Below are positions 8,106 through 19,018 of a DNA stretch of 64,000 nucleotides, one piece after another. The stretch comes from an uncultured Mycoplasmatota bacterium (GTDB lineage Bacteria; Bacillota_I; Bacilli_A; RF39; UBA660). The DNA lies in NCBI GenBank assembly GCA_900547775.1, contig URHW01000002.1, positions 13,041-77,040 of the forward strand, read 5' to 3'. Under the pieces are notes generated by a model. That model made no database searches. It saw only the letters and a list, made by a program, of their open reading frames with translations, and was not told the DNA's origin. Made by a program: the position numbers and the translations under genes. Position 1 is the first letter of the stretch; each line of letters starts with the position of its first letter.

Positions 8106-9491
8106 ATGAAACTAGATGTAAAAGATTTATATGATGGTATAAAGGATTATATGGATAAGGAGGTAACACTTCAAGGATGGATTAAGAATCATCGTAAGCA
8201 AAAGGAATTTGGGTTTATTGATTTTTCAGATGGAACAAGTTTTAAGCATGTGCAGTTAGTTTATGATAATAGTTTAGAAGAGTTTGATGAGATTGCAAAA
8301 CTTCATATTGGATGTGCAATTACGGTTACTGGAACAATTATTAAATCAGAAGGTGCTGGACAAGATTTTGAGCTAAAGGTTAAAACTATTAAGTTAGAAG
8401 GAGATTGCCCAGAAGATTATCCAATACAGCCAAAGAGACACTCTAATGAGTTTTTAAGAGAGATGGCTTATTTAAGACCTAGAACAAATTTATTTAATGC
8501 GGTGTTTAGAGTTAGAAGTGTGGCAGCATATGCAATTCATAATTATTTTCAAAGTCGTAACTATATATATGTTCATACGCCACTACTTACTACTGCTGAC
8601 TGTGAGGGAAGCGATCAGATGTTTAAGGTAACAACACTTAATTTAAATAATTTACCACTTACTGAAGATAAACGTGTAGATATGTCTAAAGATTTATTTG
8701 GTAAGCTTGCATTTATTACTGGATCTGGTCAGTTACATGGTGAAGCATTTGCTATGGCTTATAAGAAGATTTATACTTTTGGGCCTACTTTTAGAACAGA
8801 GAACTCAAATACGAAAACACACGCTAATGAGTTCTGGATGATTGAACCAGAGATAGCGTTCTGTGATTTAGCTGGACTTATGGATATTGAAGAAGAAATG
8901 CTTAAGTATATTGTGTCTTATGTTTTAGAGAGATGCTCTGATGAGATTGATTTCTTTGATAAGTTTGTGAGTAAAGGTTTGAGAGAAAAACTAGAAAAGT
9001 TAGTGTCTTCACATTTTACAAGAATTACACATCATGAAGCTGTTGATATTTTACTTAAAGCCGATAAGAAATGGGAGTTTACTCCTTCATATGAGGATGA
9101 TATTGCTAAGGAACATGAGAAATATATTACTGAGTATTTTAATGGTCCAGTATTTATTACTGATTGGCCAAAAGACATTAAGGCTTGGTATATGAAAGTT
9201 AATGATGATGGAAAAACAGTTGCTGCTGTTGATTTAGAGGTTCCTGGTGCTGGTGAACTAATTGGTGGATCTCAAAGAGAAACTAATATTAATGTACTTG
9301 AAGAGAGAATGAGTGAGCTTGGTGTAGATAAGAGTGCTGTTGATTGGTATGTTAACTTGCGTAAGTTTGGTGGATGTTATCATTCTGGATTTGGTATGGG
9401 ATTTGAAAGATTAATTATTTATCTAACTGGGGTTGAGAATATTCGTGATGTTATACCATTTCCTAGAACACCTGGTAACTGTGAATTTTAA
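8106..9491 (+). CDS. asnS: Asparagine--tRNA ligase
   Basis: 461 aa, colinear with E. coli AsnRS as I recall it: PKRHS.EFLRE.A.LRPRTN, FGPTFRTENSNTKTHANEFWMIEPE, GGSQRE, HSGFGMGFERL, DVIPFPRTPGN. Confidence 0.9.
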   Translation: MKLDVKDLYDGIKDYMDKEVTLQGWIKNHRKQKEFGFIDFSDGTSFKHVQLVYDNSLEEFDEIAKLHIGCAITVTGTIIKSEGAGQDFELKVKTIKLEGDCPEDYPIQPKRHSNEFLREMAYLRPRTNLFNAVFRVRSVAAYAIHNYFQSRNYIYVHTPLLTTADCEGSDQMFKVTTLNLNNLPLTEDKRVDMSKDLFGKLAFITGSGQLHGEAFAMAYKKIYTFGPTFRTENSNTKTHANEFWMIEPEIAFCDLAGLMDIEEEMLKYIVSYVLERCSDEIDFFDKFVSKGLREKLEKLVSSHFTRITHHEAVDILLKADKKWEFTPSYEDDIAKEHEKYITEYFNGPVFITDWPKDIKAWYMKVNDDGKTVAAVDLEVPGAGELIGGSQRETNINVLEERMSELGVDKSAVDWYVNLRKFGGCYHSGFGMGFERLIIYLTGVENIRDVIPFPRTPGNCEF

Positions 9492-9499
9492 GGAGGATT

Positions 9500-9796
9500 A
9501 TGAAGGAGTTTACTGAAGAGGAGATAATTTCTTATGCTGATAAGTTACTTATTGGTTTATCCAGTGAGGAGAGTTTATCTATTAAGGAAGAGTTTAAGTT
9601 TATAGATAAGAATATTGATAAGATTAATGAGATACCTAATTTAGCTAGTATTAAGCCAGCTACTAGTCCTTTTAATTTATATGAAGGAACGCTTCGTGAG
9701 GATGTTGCAGAAGAAAGCGTAGATATCGATGACTTACTTAGAAATACTGGTGAAGTTGATGGAAGAGAAGTAAAGGTTCCAAAGGTGGTAGAGTAA
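9500..9796 (+). CDS. gatC: Asp/Glu-tRNA amidotransferase subunit C
   Basis: 98 aa, position directly upstream of and coupled to gatA; RBS AAGGAGG. Confidence 0.8.
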   Translation: MKEFTEEEIISYADKLLIGLSSEESLSIKEEFKFIDKNIDKINEIPNLASIKPATSPFNLYEGTLREDVAEESVDIDDLLRNTGEVDGREVKVPKVVE

Positions 9797-11214
9797 TGAT
9801 TGATGAATTAAAGAGTAAAAATAGTGAAGAGTTAGTTAGTGAAAGTATTAAGAAAGCTAAAGAGACTAATGTTGAGATCAATTCATTTGTAACTATAATT
9901 GATAATCCGGAGCATATTAATAATGAAGAAAGTCCTCTTAATGGAATACCTTATGCTGCTAAAGATTTGTTTAGTACTAAGGATATTTTAACTACTGGTT
10001 CGTCTAATATTTTAGCTAATTATGTACCATTTTATGATGCTACTGTTATTAAGAGATTAAAGGATGCTGGAGCTATTCTTATTGGTAAGACGGTATGTGA
10101 TGAGTTTGGTTTGGGTGGAACAGGTACTACTGGACATACTGGTGTTGTTAAGAATCCATGGGATACTATGAGAGGAGCCGGTGGTTCGTCATCTGGTTCT
10201 GCTACAAGTGTTGCTTTAGGTATTGTACCCTTTTCTCTAGGAACTGATACAGGGGATTCAGTTAGAAAGCCTGCATCATATTGTGGTGTTGTTGGGTATA
10301 AACCTACATATGGGCTTATTCCTAGGTATGGAGTATTACCTTTTGCATCATCACTTGATCATGTTGGTTTATTTACAACGTGCGTTAAGGATGCTGCAGT
10401 AGTTACTGATGTGATTAAAGGTTTTGATGGAAAGGATATGACTAGTTTAAGGACTAGTGAGAATCTTGCATCTGGTCTTAATGGTATTATTTCTGATAAA
10501 AAGTTATTTTATATTAAAGAACTTACTAATATTGAGTATTATGATAATCCTAGTGAAGAAGTTATTAATACTTTAAGTTTGTTTAAAGAAAATATTGCTA
10601 AAATAAAAGAGCTTGGGGTAGAAGTTTATGAAGAAAGCCTAGATGAAAAGATAATTGATGCACTAGGACCAGCTTATACTATTATTTCTTGTGCTGAAGC
10701 AACTAGTAATTTGTCTATGTATACTGGAATTAATTTTGGTATGCGTGGTGTTGGTAATAATATTAAAGATATGATTAAGGATCATCGTACTAAAGGATTT
10801 AGTTCTTTAATTAAGAGAAGACTTGTTATTGGTAGTTATGTTTTAGAAGAGAAAAATCAAGAAAGATATTATCTAAATGCATGTAGGGTAAGACAATTAG
10901 TAATTGATAAGATGAATGAGTTTTTAAGCAAGTATGATGCGTTAGTTATGCCAGCAAGTTTTAAAGCACCACTTTTAGATGCTGCCAATGATGTTATTAC
11001 TGAAAGTAAGAAAGATGTTGCTAGTACGCTTTTAATTGGTAATTTTGGAGGATATCCTTCTATTACTATTCCTTGCGGTTTTGTAGATAATATGCCAGTT
11101 GGTATTAATTTAACGGGAAGAGTTAAAGGGGATAAAGATTTATTAAATATTGCATATGGAGTAGAACAAAAACTAGGGTTTGCTGGACAAACTGTAGGAG
11201 GTAAACATGAGTAA
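9796..11214 (+). CDS. gatA: Glutamyl-tRNA(Gln) amidotransferase subunit A
   Basis: 472 aa amidase signature: GGSSSGSA, GTDTGDSVRKPAS.CGVVG.KPTYG. Confidence 0.9.
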   Translation: MIDELKSKNSEELVSESIKKAKETNVEINSFVTIIDNPEHINNEESPLNGIPYAAKDLFSTKDILTTGSSNILANYVPFYDATVIKRLKDAGAILIGKTVCDEFGLGGTGTTGHTGVVKNPWDTMRGAGGSSSGSATSVALGIVPFSLGTDTGDSVRKPASYCGVVGYKPTYGLIPRYGVLPFASSLDHVGLFTTCVKDAAVVTDVIKGFDGKDMTSLRTSENLASGLNGIISDKKLFYIKELTNIEYYDNPSEEVINTLSLFKENIAKIKELGVEVYEESLDEKIIDALGPAYTIISCAEATSNLSMYTGINFGMRGVGNNIKDMIKDHRTKGFSSLIKRRLVIGSYVLEEKNQERYYLNACRVRQLVIDKMNEFLSKYDALVMPASFKAPLLDAANDVITESKKDVASTLLIGNFGGYPSITIPCGFVDNMPVGINLTGRVKGDKDLLNIAYGVEQKLGFAGQTVGGKHE

Positions 11215-12646
11215 ATATAAAACAATTATTGGGTTAGAGCTGCACTGTGAGCTTATTACTAATTCTAAGGTTTTCTCTCCTAGCCGTAATAGTTACTGCG
11301 AAGTGCCTAATTCTAATGTTAATGAGATTGATATGTCTTTTCCAGGTATTATGCCTTATTTAAATAAAGAAGCAGTTAAGAAGGCTTTAAAGATGAGTAT
11401 GGTTTTAGGATGCATACAGCCTGATGAACTAGTATTTGATCGTAAGAATTATTTTTATCCGGATTTACCTAAAGGGTATCAAATTACTCAAGTTACGAAA
11501 CCGGTTGGTATTAATGGACATGTAGAACTTATTTCTAATGGAAAACCATTTGTAGCTGAGATTCATGATATTCATTTAGAAGAAGATACGGCATCACTTG
11601 ATCATTATGATTTCTTTTCATTAATAGATTATAATAGAGCAGGTGTTCCATTAATTGAGATAGTTACTACGCCTTGTTTTGAAGGTGCTGATGAAGTTGT
11701 TGAGTTCTTAGAATATTTAACAAATAGTCTTAAGTATTGTGGTATTTCAGAAGCTGATACTAAGAAAGGTCAAATTAGATGTGATGTTAATGTTAATCTT
11801 AAAAATGAAGCTGGTGAGTATGTAACACCTAAAGTAGAAATTAAGAATATTAACTCATTTAGTAATGTAGCAAGTGCGATTAAGTATGAAACGTATAGAC
11901 AAACTAAAGCATTAGAGGATGGCTTAACTGATGAGTTATGTCAGGAAACTAGAAGATATGATGAGACTACTAATACTACTATACGTATGCGTAAAAAAGA
12001 AGGAAGCATTGATTATAAGTATTTTGTTGAGCCTAATATTCCAAGAATTAAGATTGATCCAAATTGGCTAGAGGAGATAAAAAGTGAGATACCAACACTT
12101 CCTAATGAAAGACTTAAGACTTATATGGAAAAGTATGGATTAAGTGAGTATGATGGTAAGATTCTTGTTCGTAATAAAGATATTTCTGATTATTTTAATA
12201 AGTGTTTATTTTTAGGAATTAATCCTAAAATAGCGTCTAACTGGATTACTACGGAGATTATGTCTGTTATTAATAAAGAAAGCATTAATATTAAAGATTT
12301 ATTCTTAACTCCAGAAAAATTACTTCAAATAATTAAAGCACTTGAGAGTAATACAATATCTTCTAAACAAGCTAAAGAGTTGTTTGTTCTAACTTTAAAA
12401 GAAAATGAAGAGCCAAATATTTTAATTGAGAAGTATGGAATGAAACAATTAGATAATGATGATGAGCTAGAGTCTATTATTAAAAAGATTTTAGATAATA
12501 ATGCATCTCAGATAGAGGCATACTGGAATGGTAAAACTAATATGTTTGATTATTTTGTAGGTCAAACAATGAAAGAAACTAGAGGTAAAGCTAATCCAGT
12601 TAAAGCAAAAGAAATTATTTCAAGAGAGTTAGATGCAAGAAAGTAA
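11207..12646 (+). CDS. gatB: Asp/Glu-tRNA amidotransferase subunit B
   Basis: 479 aa; IGLE.H.EL, DRKNYFYPDLPKGYQITQ, HLEEDT, NRAGVPLIEIVT motifs; 8-nt overlap with gatA. Confidence 0.9.
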   Translation: MSKYKTIIGLELHCELITNSKVFSPSRNSYCEVPNSNVNEIDMSFPGIMPYLNKEAVKKALKMSMVLGCIQPDELVFDRKNYFYPDLPKGYQITQVTKPVGINGHVELISNGKPFVAEIHDIHLEEDTASLDHYDFFSLIDYNRAGVPLIEIVTTPCFEGADEVVEFLEYLTNSLKYCGISEADTKKGQIRCDVNVNLKNEAGEYVTPKVEIKNINSFSNVASAIKYETYRQTKALEDGLTDELCQETRRYDETTNTTIRMRKKEGSIDYKYFVEPNIPRIKIDPNWLEEIKSEIPTLPNERLKTYMEKYGLSEYDGKILVRNKDISDYFNKCLFLGINPKIASNWITTEIMSVINKESINIKDLFLTPEKLLQIIKALESNTISSKQAKELFVLTLKENEEPNILIEKYGMKQLDNDDELESIIKKILDNNASQIEAYWNGKTNMFDYFVGQTMKETRGKANPVKAKEIISRELDARK

Positions 12647-12662
12647 CTTAATATTTGACATA

Positions 12663-12690
12663 AAGCAACCACAAAATGGTTGTTTTTTGC
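12663..12690 (+). terminator. Rho-independent terminator after gatB
   Basis: AAGCAACCA(12663-12671)-CAAAA-TGGTTGTTT followed by T-run. Confidence 0.65.
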
Positions 12691-12727
12691 TTTTTCTTTA
12701 GTATAATTAAACTTGAAGGAGAGTATT

Positions 12728-14881
12728 ATGATCAAATTAAAAGATGTATCCAAGTATTATTATAATAAGGGTCTTATAACTTCAGGTATTACTAAGATTA
12801 ATGCTGAGTTTAATATAGGTGAGTTTATAGTAATTACTGGTGAGAGTGGTAGTGGTAAGTCAACTTTACTTAATGTTATATCGGGGCTAGATACTTATGA
12901 AGACGGTGAGATGTATATTGATGGCAAGGAAACTAGTCATTATGGAGATGAAGACTTCGAGGAGTATCGTAAGGAATATATTAGTAATATCTTTCAAAAT
13001 TTTAATTTAGTTGGAAGTTATACTGTATATCAAAATATTGAACTAGTTATGCTTATTAATGGATATACTAAAAAGGAAGCTAGACCTAAGATATTAAAGC
13101 TTATTAATGAGGTAGAACTTACTAGGTATAAGAATACAAGAGTGTCTAAACTATCTGGTGGGCAGAAACAGAGAGTTGCTATTGCTAGAGCACTTGCTAA
13201 GAATACACCAATTATTATTGCGGATGAGCCAACTGGTAATTTAGATAAAAGGGCTGCTGAAAGTGTACTTAAAACGCTTGCTCTTACTGCTAAAGATAAA
13301 TTAGTTATTGTTGTAACTCATAACTATGAACAGGTTGAAAAGTATGCGACAAGAAAAATAACAATGTTTGATGGAAAAATTTTAGAAGATAAGATTATTA
13401 CTAAGACAGATGAAGTGAAAACAGATGGTAATTTGGAAAGTAAGAAAATGAAACCATTATCTAAACTTAGGCTAGGTGTTAGAAATACGTTTAATATTGT
13501 TCCTAAATTCTTATTACTTCTTGCTGTGTTCTTGTTTATGTTTGCAGCTATTACTACTGAGATGGCTGGTCTTAGAGAAAATAAGTATGAGGAAGAACGT
13601 GTTGGTTATAATTCATATTTACAGAATAAGGACACAAGTAGAATTATAATTAATAAGAGTGATAAATCACCATTTACTGATGAGGATTATGAAAGAATCG
13701 AAGCACTAGGTAATATTTCCAGAATTCAGAAAGACGATTATTTGGAGGATTTAAGTGCTAGTTTATATTCGGATTATTATTATATAAGTGGTAGTGTTAT
13801 TAAAAGAACTAGTCAAAAACTTGATTTAGGTAGAAATATAGAGAAAGATAACGAAGTTGTTATCCAAATGAATAAAGAAAATAATACAATAGGTGATCCT
13901 GAAAAAATTCTTAATAAGGAGTTTATGTATAATTATCAAGATAATACTACTAAGTTAAAGGTTGTTGGGATTATCTTTAATGATGATTTGGATTACGAGT
14001 CTATTATAGAAGTATCTGATAATATGATTAATGAGTTTATTTTAAATTATGTTATTAGTCGTACTACACAAACTTTAACTGTTAATGGTGCGGATACTTA
14101 TTGTAATTTATTTTATATTGATAGTGTTAATGATAGTTCTATTTATGTTAATGAAAATTTAAATAATAATAGTTATCCTATTAAGATGGTCAGTTTATCT
14201 TTAAGTAATACGTATGTTAATAAAGTGTTTGATTTGAAGGTAGAACATGTGTTAAATAAGTATAATTCTAAAAGGTTAACTGGTTATTCCTATGAAGAAA
14301 ATACTTGTTATTTAAGTAAAAATTTAATTAGAAATACTTTAATAAGTGATAAGTATCAAACTAGTGTATTTGTTAAAGATGAAGTTAAGATAAATGATAC
14401 GATAAACGATTTAATGAATTTAGGATATAGTACTTATGCTGTTAAAGATATGCTAATTAATGAAAGTGCGACAATGACGTATATTTATAATATTATTAAT
14501 TTAGTTTTGATGATTATTATACTTGTGGCGATGTTCTTTATTTCATATTTAATTATTAAATTAATTTTAAAATCACGTAAGAATTATTATACAATTATTA
14601 GAATACTTGGTGGTAGTAAGAAAAATTGTAAGAGTATCTTAAAGATAGAGTTATATACTATTTTAAATATAGCATTCATTATTATTACTTTCCTTGTATA
14701 TATGATAGTTAATGGCATGATAGATATTTCTTTAAGAAGTAGTTTAAAATTATTAAATATAAAAGATTATGTTCTAATTTATATTTTGATATTTGCACTA
14801 ACTTATTTAATAAGTGTTCGTTTTGGTAGATTTATCTTTAAAGAAAGTGCGATTAAGACTTATAACGAGGAGGAAGAATAA
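12728..14881 (+). CDS. Fused ABC transporter: N-terminal ATPase + C-terminal FtsX/MacB-type permease
   Basis: Walker A GESGSGKST, signature LSGGQKQR, Walker B IIIADEPT; then TM, about 330-aa extracytoplasmic domain and 3 C-terminal TMs. ATG 12728 preferred over TTG 12713 (RBS AAGGAGAG). Confidence 0.85.
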   Translation: MIKLKDVSKYYYNKGLITSGITKINAEFNIGEFIVITGESGSGKSTLLNVISGLDTYEDGEMYIDGKETSHYGDEDFEEYRKEYISNIFQNFNLVGSYTVYQNIELVMLINGYTKKEARPKILKLINEVELTRYKNTRVSKLSGGQKQRVAIARALAKNTPIIIADEPTGNLDKRAAESVLKTLALTAKDKLVIVVTHNYEQVEKYATRKITMFDGKILEDKIITKTDEVKTDGNLESKKMKPLSKLRLGVRNTFNIVPKFLLLLAVFLFMFAAITTEMAGLRENKYEEERVGYNSYLQNKDTSRIIINKSDKSPFTDEDYERIEALGNISRIQKDDYLEDLSASLYSDYYYISGSVIKRTSQKLDLGRNIEKDNEVVIQMNKENNTIGDPEKILNKEFMYNYQDNTTKLKVVGIIFNDDLDYESIIEVSDNMINEFILNYVISRTTQTLTVNGADTYCNLFYIDSVNDSSIYVNENLNNNSYPIKMVSLSLSNTYVNKVFDLKVEHVLNKYNSKRLTGYSYEENTCYLSKNLIRNTLISDKYQTSVFVKDEVKINDTINDLMNLGYSTYAVKDMLINESATMTYIYNIINLVLMIIILVAMFFISYLIIKLILKSRKNYYTIIRILGGSKKNCKSILKIELYTILNIAFIIITFLVYMIVNGMIDISLRSSLKLLNIKDYVLIYILIFALTYLISVRFGRFIFKESAIKTYNEEEE

Positions 14882-17274
14882 TGATAAGGCTAGAAAAAGT
14901 AAATAAATATTACAATAAGGGTAAGAAAAATCAAATCCACGTTATAGATAATACTAGTTTAGAATTAGGGGAGAAAGGTTTAGTTGCTCTTTTAGGGCCA
15001 TCTGGATGTGGTAAAACAACTCTTTTGAATGTTATTGGTGGTTTAGATAAAATTAAAAAGGGAAAAATTTATGTAAATGGTCAGAAGATAAGTACAAGAA
15101 GTTCTTATAAGGTAGATAAGATACGTAATTTAAATATTGGATATATTTTTCAAGATTATAAGTTAATAGATAATTTGTCTGTATATGATAATGTTGCGAT
15201 TGTCTTAAAGATGATTGGTATTAAGGATAAAAATGAGATTAAAAAGAGAGTTGAATATATTTTAAATAGTCTTAATATTTATCGTTTTAAATCAAGACCA
15301 GCATCAATGCTTTCTGGTGGGCAAAGACAGAGAGTTGGAATTGCTAGAGCATTAGTAAAGGATCCAGATATTATTTTAGCAGATGAACCAACTGGTAATT
15401 TGGATTCTAAGAATTCTTTAGAGATTATGAATATTATTAAAGCAATTTCTAAAAATAGATTAGTTATTTTAGTTACACATGAGACGGAACTTGCACATTT
15501 CTATGCTGATCGTATTATTGAGATTGAAGATGGCAAGATTGAGAAAGATTATACTAATGATAATAAGAATGGTTTAGATTATCGTATTGAAAATAACATT
15601 TATTTAAAAGATTTAAAGCATCAAGAAGTTAATGATAAAAATTTAAAATTACAAATTTATGAAAATAAAGAAACTAATTTAAATATTACTTTAGTTGTTC
15701 AAAATGGTAATATTTATATAAAGAATGAAGGACCAGAAAAAGTAGAAGTTATTGGTACGGATTCAAATATTGAACTTATTGATGATCATTATAAGACAAT
15801 TGCTAAAGAGGATGCTGAAAAATATAATTTTGATTTTCAAAATATTATTAGTAAAGATTTTAAGAAGAGGTATTCTAGTATTTTTAATCCGATAACGTTT
15901 ATAAAAAGTGGCTTTAAAAAGATTATTAATTATAAACCACTTAAGAAGTTTTTACTTCTTGGGTATATGGCGGCAGCTATGTTTATCTTATTTAGTGTAA
16001 GCAGAATTGCAGCAACTTTAGTAGTAAAAGATAAAGATTTTATTAAGTACAATGATACATATATTCAAATTAGTACTAATAAGTTAAATGTTGCAGATTA
16101 TAATAAGGTAATCAATATAGATGATATTAATTATGCTATGCCAGGTGATTCTTTAGTTAGTCTACCTTTAGTGTATAATAATTTACTTCAAACTACTGGT
16201 GTAAAAGAATATGTTATGGGTTCTCTTGCTAGTGTTAAATTACTTAAAAATGAAGATATATTATATGGTATGATGCCAGTAAATAAGAATGAGATAGCAA
16301 TAAGTAAGATTGTTGCTGAAAAAGTTTTAAATAATGGTTATGCTAAGGAAGCAGGTATTAATACTATTAATGGATTTGTTGGTAAGATTATTAAGTTAGA
16401 TTATTCTAGTGATATGATAGTAACCGGTATAGTGGATACGTCTAATCCTTCAGTTTATGCTTTTGAAGAAGAGTTTACTAATATCTTATATAATAATGCT
16501 TTAAATGAGGATAAAGCTCTTGAACTTTCTAATATGGGAAGTGTAGAGTATACTTTAAAGGAAGGTAAGAATCCAGAAAATGTTTACGAGATTATAGTTC
16601 CTTATAGTCAAAGATATGCTTATCCATTAAATGAAAAAGTAGATGAGAAAATTAATGATAAGAAATTAAAAGTTGTTGGTTATTATTTATCTAGTAAGAC
16701 AAGTAAGTATATAACTAATGAAGAGACGATGAAAATGCAACTTATTAATAATTCTAGAAGTATTACAATTAGTTCTAATGATAAGGAAACTGTAATAGAA
16801 GAGTTAAAAAATAGAGAAATAAGTGCAAGAGATACTTATGAAATAGCAAGAAATGAATATGTTAGGGATAATGAGAGTGCGACGAATGCAATTTTAATAT
16901 TTTCAGCAGTTATTATAGTAATATCTTTAATTGAGGTATTCTTAATGATAAGATCATCATTCTTATCTAGAATTAGAGAAATTGGTATTTATAGAGCAAT
17001 TGGTGTTAAAAAGAAAGATATTTATAAGATGTTCTTAGGTGAGATTTTAGCAATATCATTTACTGCGTCTTTAGGTGGTATTATCTTAATGACTTATGTT
17101 TTATATAATATTACTCAGATTAAATTTTTAACAGATTTCTGTGTTCTTAATCCATTTACTATTGGTATTTCAGTTATTATTTGTTTTGGATTTAATATAA
17201 TTGTTGGACTTATTCCAGTAGCAAATACCATGCGTAAAAGACCGGCAGAGATTTTATCGAGAAAAGACATTTAG
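14881..17274 (+). CDS. Second fused ABC ATPase-FtsX/MacB-type permease
   Basis: [28 protein letters not shown]; C-terminal FtsX-type TM bundle; start overlaps upstream stop (TAATG). Confidence 0.85.
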   Translation: MIRLEKVNKYYNKGKKNQIHVIDNTSLELGEKGLVALLGPSGCGKTTLLNVIGGLDKIKKGKIYVNGQKISTRSSYKVDKIRNLNIGYIFQDYKLIDNLSVYDNVAIVLKMIGIKDKNEIKKRVEYILNSLNIYRFKSRPASMLSGGQRQRVGIARALVKDPDIILADEPTGNLDSKNSLEIMNIIKAISKNRLVILVTHETELAHFYADRIIEIEDGKIEKDYTNDNKNGLDYRIENNIYLKDLKHQEVNDKNLKLQIYENKETNLNITLVVQNGNIYIKNEGPEKVEVIGTDSNIELIDDHYKTIAKEDAEKYNFDFQNIISKDFKKRYSSIFNPITFIKSGFKKIINYKPLKKFLLLGYMAAAMFILFSVSRIAATLVVKDKDFIKYNDTYIQISTNKLNVADYNKVINIDDINYAMPGDSLVSLPLVYNNLLQTTGVKEYVMGSLASVKLLKNEDILYGMMPVNKNEIAISKIVAEKVLNNGYAKEAGINTINGFVGKIIKLDYSSDMIVTGIVDTSNPSVYAFEEEFTNILYNNALNEDKALELSNMGSVEYTLKEGKNPENVYEIIVPYSQRYAYPLNEKVDEKINDKKLKVVGYYLSSKTSKYITNEETMKMQLINNSRSITISSNDKETVIEELKNREISARDTYEIARNEYVRDNESATNAILIFSAVIIVISLIEVFLMIRSSFLSRIREIGIYRAIGVKKKDIYKMFLGEILAISFTASLGGIILMTYVLYNITQIKFLTDFCVLNPFTIGISVIICFGFNIIVGLIPVANTMRKRPAEILSRKDI

Positions 17275-17337
17275 GGTCTTTTTTTCTTGAAGTGAAATTA
17301 AATAAATGTTAAAATTAAAATAGAGAAGAGGTTAGAA

Positions 17338-17940
17338 ATGAAAAAAACTATTATAGGTATTTTGGTTGGTATATTATTATGCTTTGGTGTTTTTGGAGGA
17401 TTATATTTTGCTAACGTGATTTCGTTAAATAAGCATAATGAAAATTTGCCGAATAACAATGCAAATACTGAAAAAGAAACTTCAACTGTAAGATATAGCA
17501 ATTATTTAAAAAACAGAAAAAATGGGCTTAAAAAATTTTTTAGTTCATCTATGCCTAATGATCTACTTGAAAATTCCGGAAGATATACTGAAAAGGGAAC
17601 TAGTTTCTTATATGAAAAATCTTTTAGTGCTACTATTACGCCTGAATTTAAGCTAGTATTTGATGTTGACGGGCTTGAGAAGTATAGTGATTTTGTGGTT
17701 GATGAAGGTGTTATTGATTTATTTTTGGTTTATGCTGGGAATGGCGGATTTCAGTACTTTTATTATTTGAAAGATGATGGCTCTTTAAAGAGTTTTTGTG
17801 TAGATTGTGTATGGGACGATGAGTTGAAAATTAAAAATGAAAATATAAAAAATGTGGTTTCTATTGGACAAGTTTCTGATGAGTCATCATATGATGCTCT
17901 TGCAACTGATATCGATGGAAATGTCTATGTAATGCGATAA
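17338..17940 (+). CDS. Membrane-anchored hypothetical protein
   Basis: 200 aa, N-terminal TM (IIGILVGILLCFGVFGGLYF), RBS AGAGG; no motif recognised. Confidence 0.6.
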   Translation: MKKTIIGILVGILLCFGVFGGLYFANVISLNKHNENLPNNNANTEKETSTVRYSNYLKNRKNGLKKFFSSSMPNDLLENSGRYTEKGTSFLYEKSFSATITPEFKLVFDVDGLEKYSDFVVDEGVIDLFLVYAGNGGFQYFYYLKDDGSLKSFCVDCVWDDELKIKNENIKNVVSIGQVSDESSYDALATDIDGNVYVMR

Positions 17941-17974
17941 CTAAGTTAGTATTAAATTAGAAAGTAGGGATAAG

Positions 17975-18946
17975 ATGAAACATATTATGCCAGTAAAAGA
18001 TGATACAGATCCTATACTTAAAGCATATTTCAAAGTTGAAGAAGAAGTATTTCCTAGTAAAGTAGAAGAACTTTATATTAAACTTGCTAATTTAGTAAGT
18101 GATTATTTTGAGTATTATGGTATGCTTAATAAAAAACAAACTGATTATGATGCTAGTTTTAATATAATTACTAGTTATGGTTCGAAAATGATGACTTTAA
18201 AAGCTAAAATATTTGTTATAGAAGAGCAAATTAGAAGTATTGTTTCTGGACAGATGAGCAGTAGTGATGTTAATCTTTTACATAAGTTATCATCACAACT
18301 TTATCCATTAAAACGCAGTTTAGAGACAATGCAGAGACAAGATGATAATAATAGAAAAATAGTAAGTTCAAAGAATGATGAGATAAGTTCTGTTCATAGT
18401 TTACTTATGAGTATAATAGATAGTATTCGGGATATTTTAAAAGAGATTATTAGTTTGGATATAAATGGAGTTAGAAGATTAGATAGAATAAAAGTAACTA
18501 ATAAACATGAAAATGAGATAAGTGAAATTTTTAAATTTAGTAAAGATTATGGTGATATTTTTATTTCTTATTTACATTCTAGTGTAGATGCTAGAATTGC
18601 GGCTTTTAATATGATTGAAGCTATGGCAGATAAGATTATTTCTTTATATAATCATAATGTTTTAGGTGAAGGCTTTAGTATTGAAGAGACTGATAGGTAT
18701 AAGGTTGCTGATAATATTATTACTTCTGCTTCTTTGGATAATCTTATTAATGGTAGGGATGTTAATGATATCGAAAAGTTGCAGTCTGAAGATATTCCTA
18801 TTTTAAATGAAAGTATAAAGTTCTTAACTACTGGGTTAATTAATCCACAGCTTATTGAAAGGTATAAGACAGAAGTTGTTAGTTATAATAATAGAATGCT
18901 TTTAAAATCATTAGAAAATGGTGCTCTTAGAAGTTATTATATTTAA
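17975..18946 (+). CDS. Hypothetical protein, predicted all-helical/coiled-coil
   Basis: 323 aa, long ORF with typical codon usage; no motif recognised. Confidence 0.6.
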   Translation: MKHIMPVKDDTDPILKAYFKVEEEVFPSKVEELYIKLANLVSDYFEYYGMLNKKQTDYDASFNIITSYGSKMMTLKAKIFVIEEQIRSIVSGQMSSSDVNLLHKLSSQLYPLKRSLETMQRQDDNNRKIVSSKNDEISSVHSLLMSIIDSIRDILKEIISLDINGVRRLDRIKVTNKHENEISEIFKFSKDYGDIFISYLHSSVDARIAAFNMIEAMADKIISLYNHNVLGEGFSIEETDRYKVADNIITSASLDNLINGRDVNDIEKLQSEDIPILNESIKFLTTGLINPQLIERYKTEVVSYNNRMLLKSLENGALRSYYI

Positions 18947-18952
18947 AATTAA

Positions 18953-18978
18953 GGGAAATATCTAGATTTCCTTTTTTT
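18953..18978 (+). terminator. Rho-independent terminator
   Basis: GGAAAT(18954-18959)-ATCTAG-ATTTCC(18966-18971) followed by T7. Confidence 0.7.
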
Positions 18979-18982
18979 AGTG

Positions 18983-18991
18983 TGATATACT
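18983..18991 (+). promoter_or_regulatory. Candidate extended -10 promoter (TGaTATACT) for the HerA-like operon
   Basis: TG-n-TATACT 28 nt upstream of ATG 19019. Confidence 0.4.
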
Positions 18992-19018
18992 AATTTTATA
19001 GTAAAGAGGTTGGATAAA

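Noticed and set aside
10869-11225. Antisense ORF within gatA (similar cases: 25627-26043, 27986-28216, 28243-28536, 40898-41335, 42309-42689, 47879-48196, 49417-49620, 57389-57631, 60136-60369)
   Set aside because: All lie opposite strongly supported conserved genes, and they lack RBS and recognisable motifs.
12655-12660. Perfect TTGACA just after gatB as a promoter for the ABC genes
   Set aside because: No -10 element sits at 16-18 nt spacing because the terminator hairpin occupies that position. TATAAT at 12702-12707 has no matching -35.
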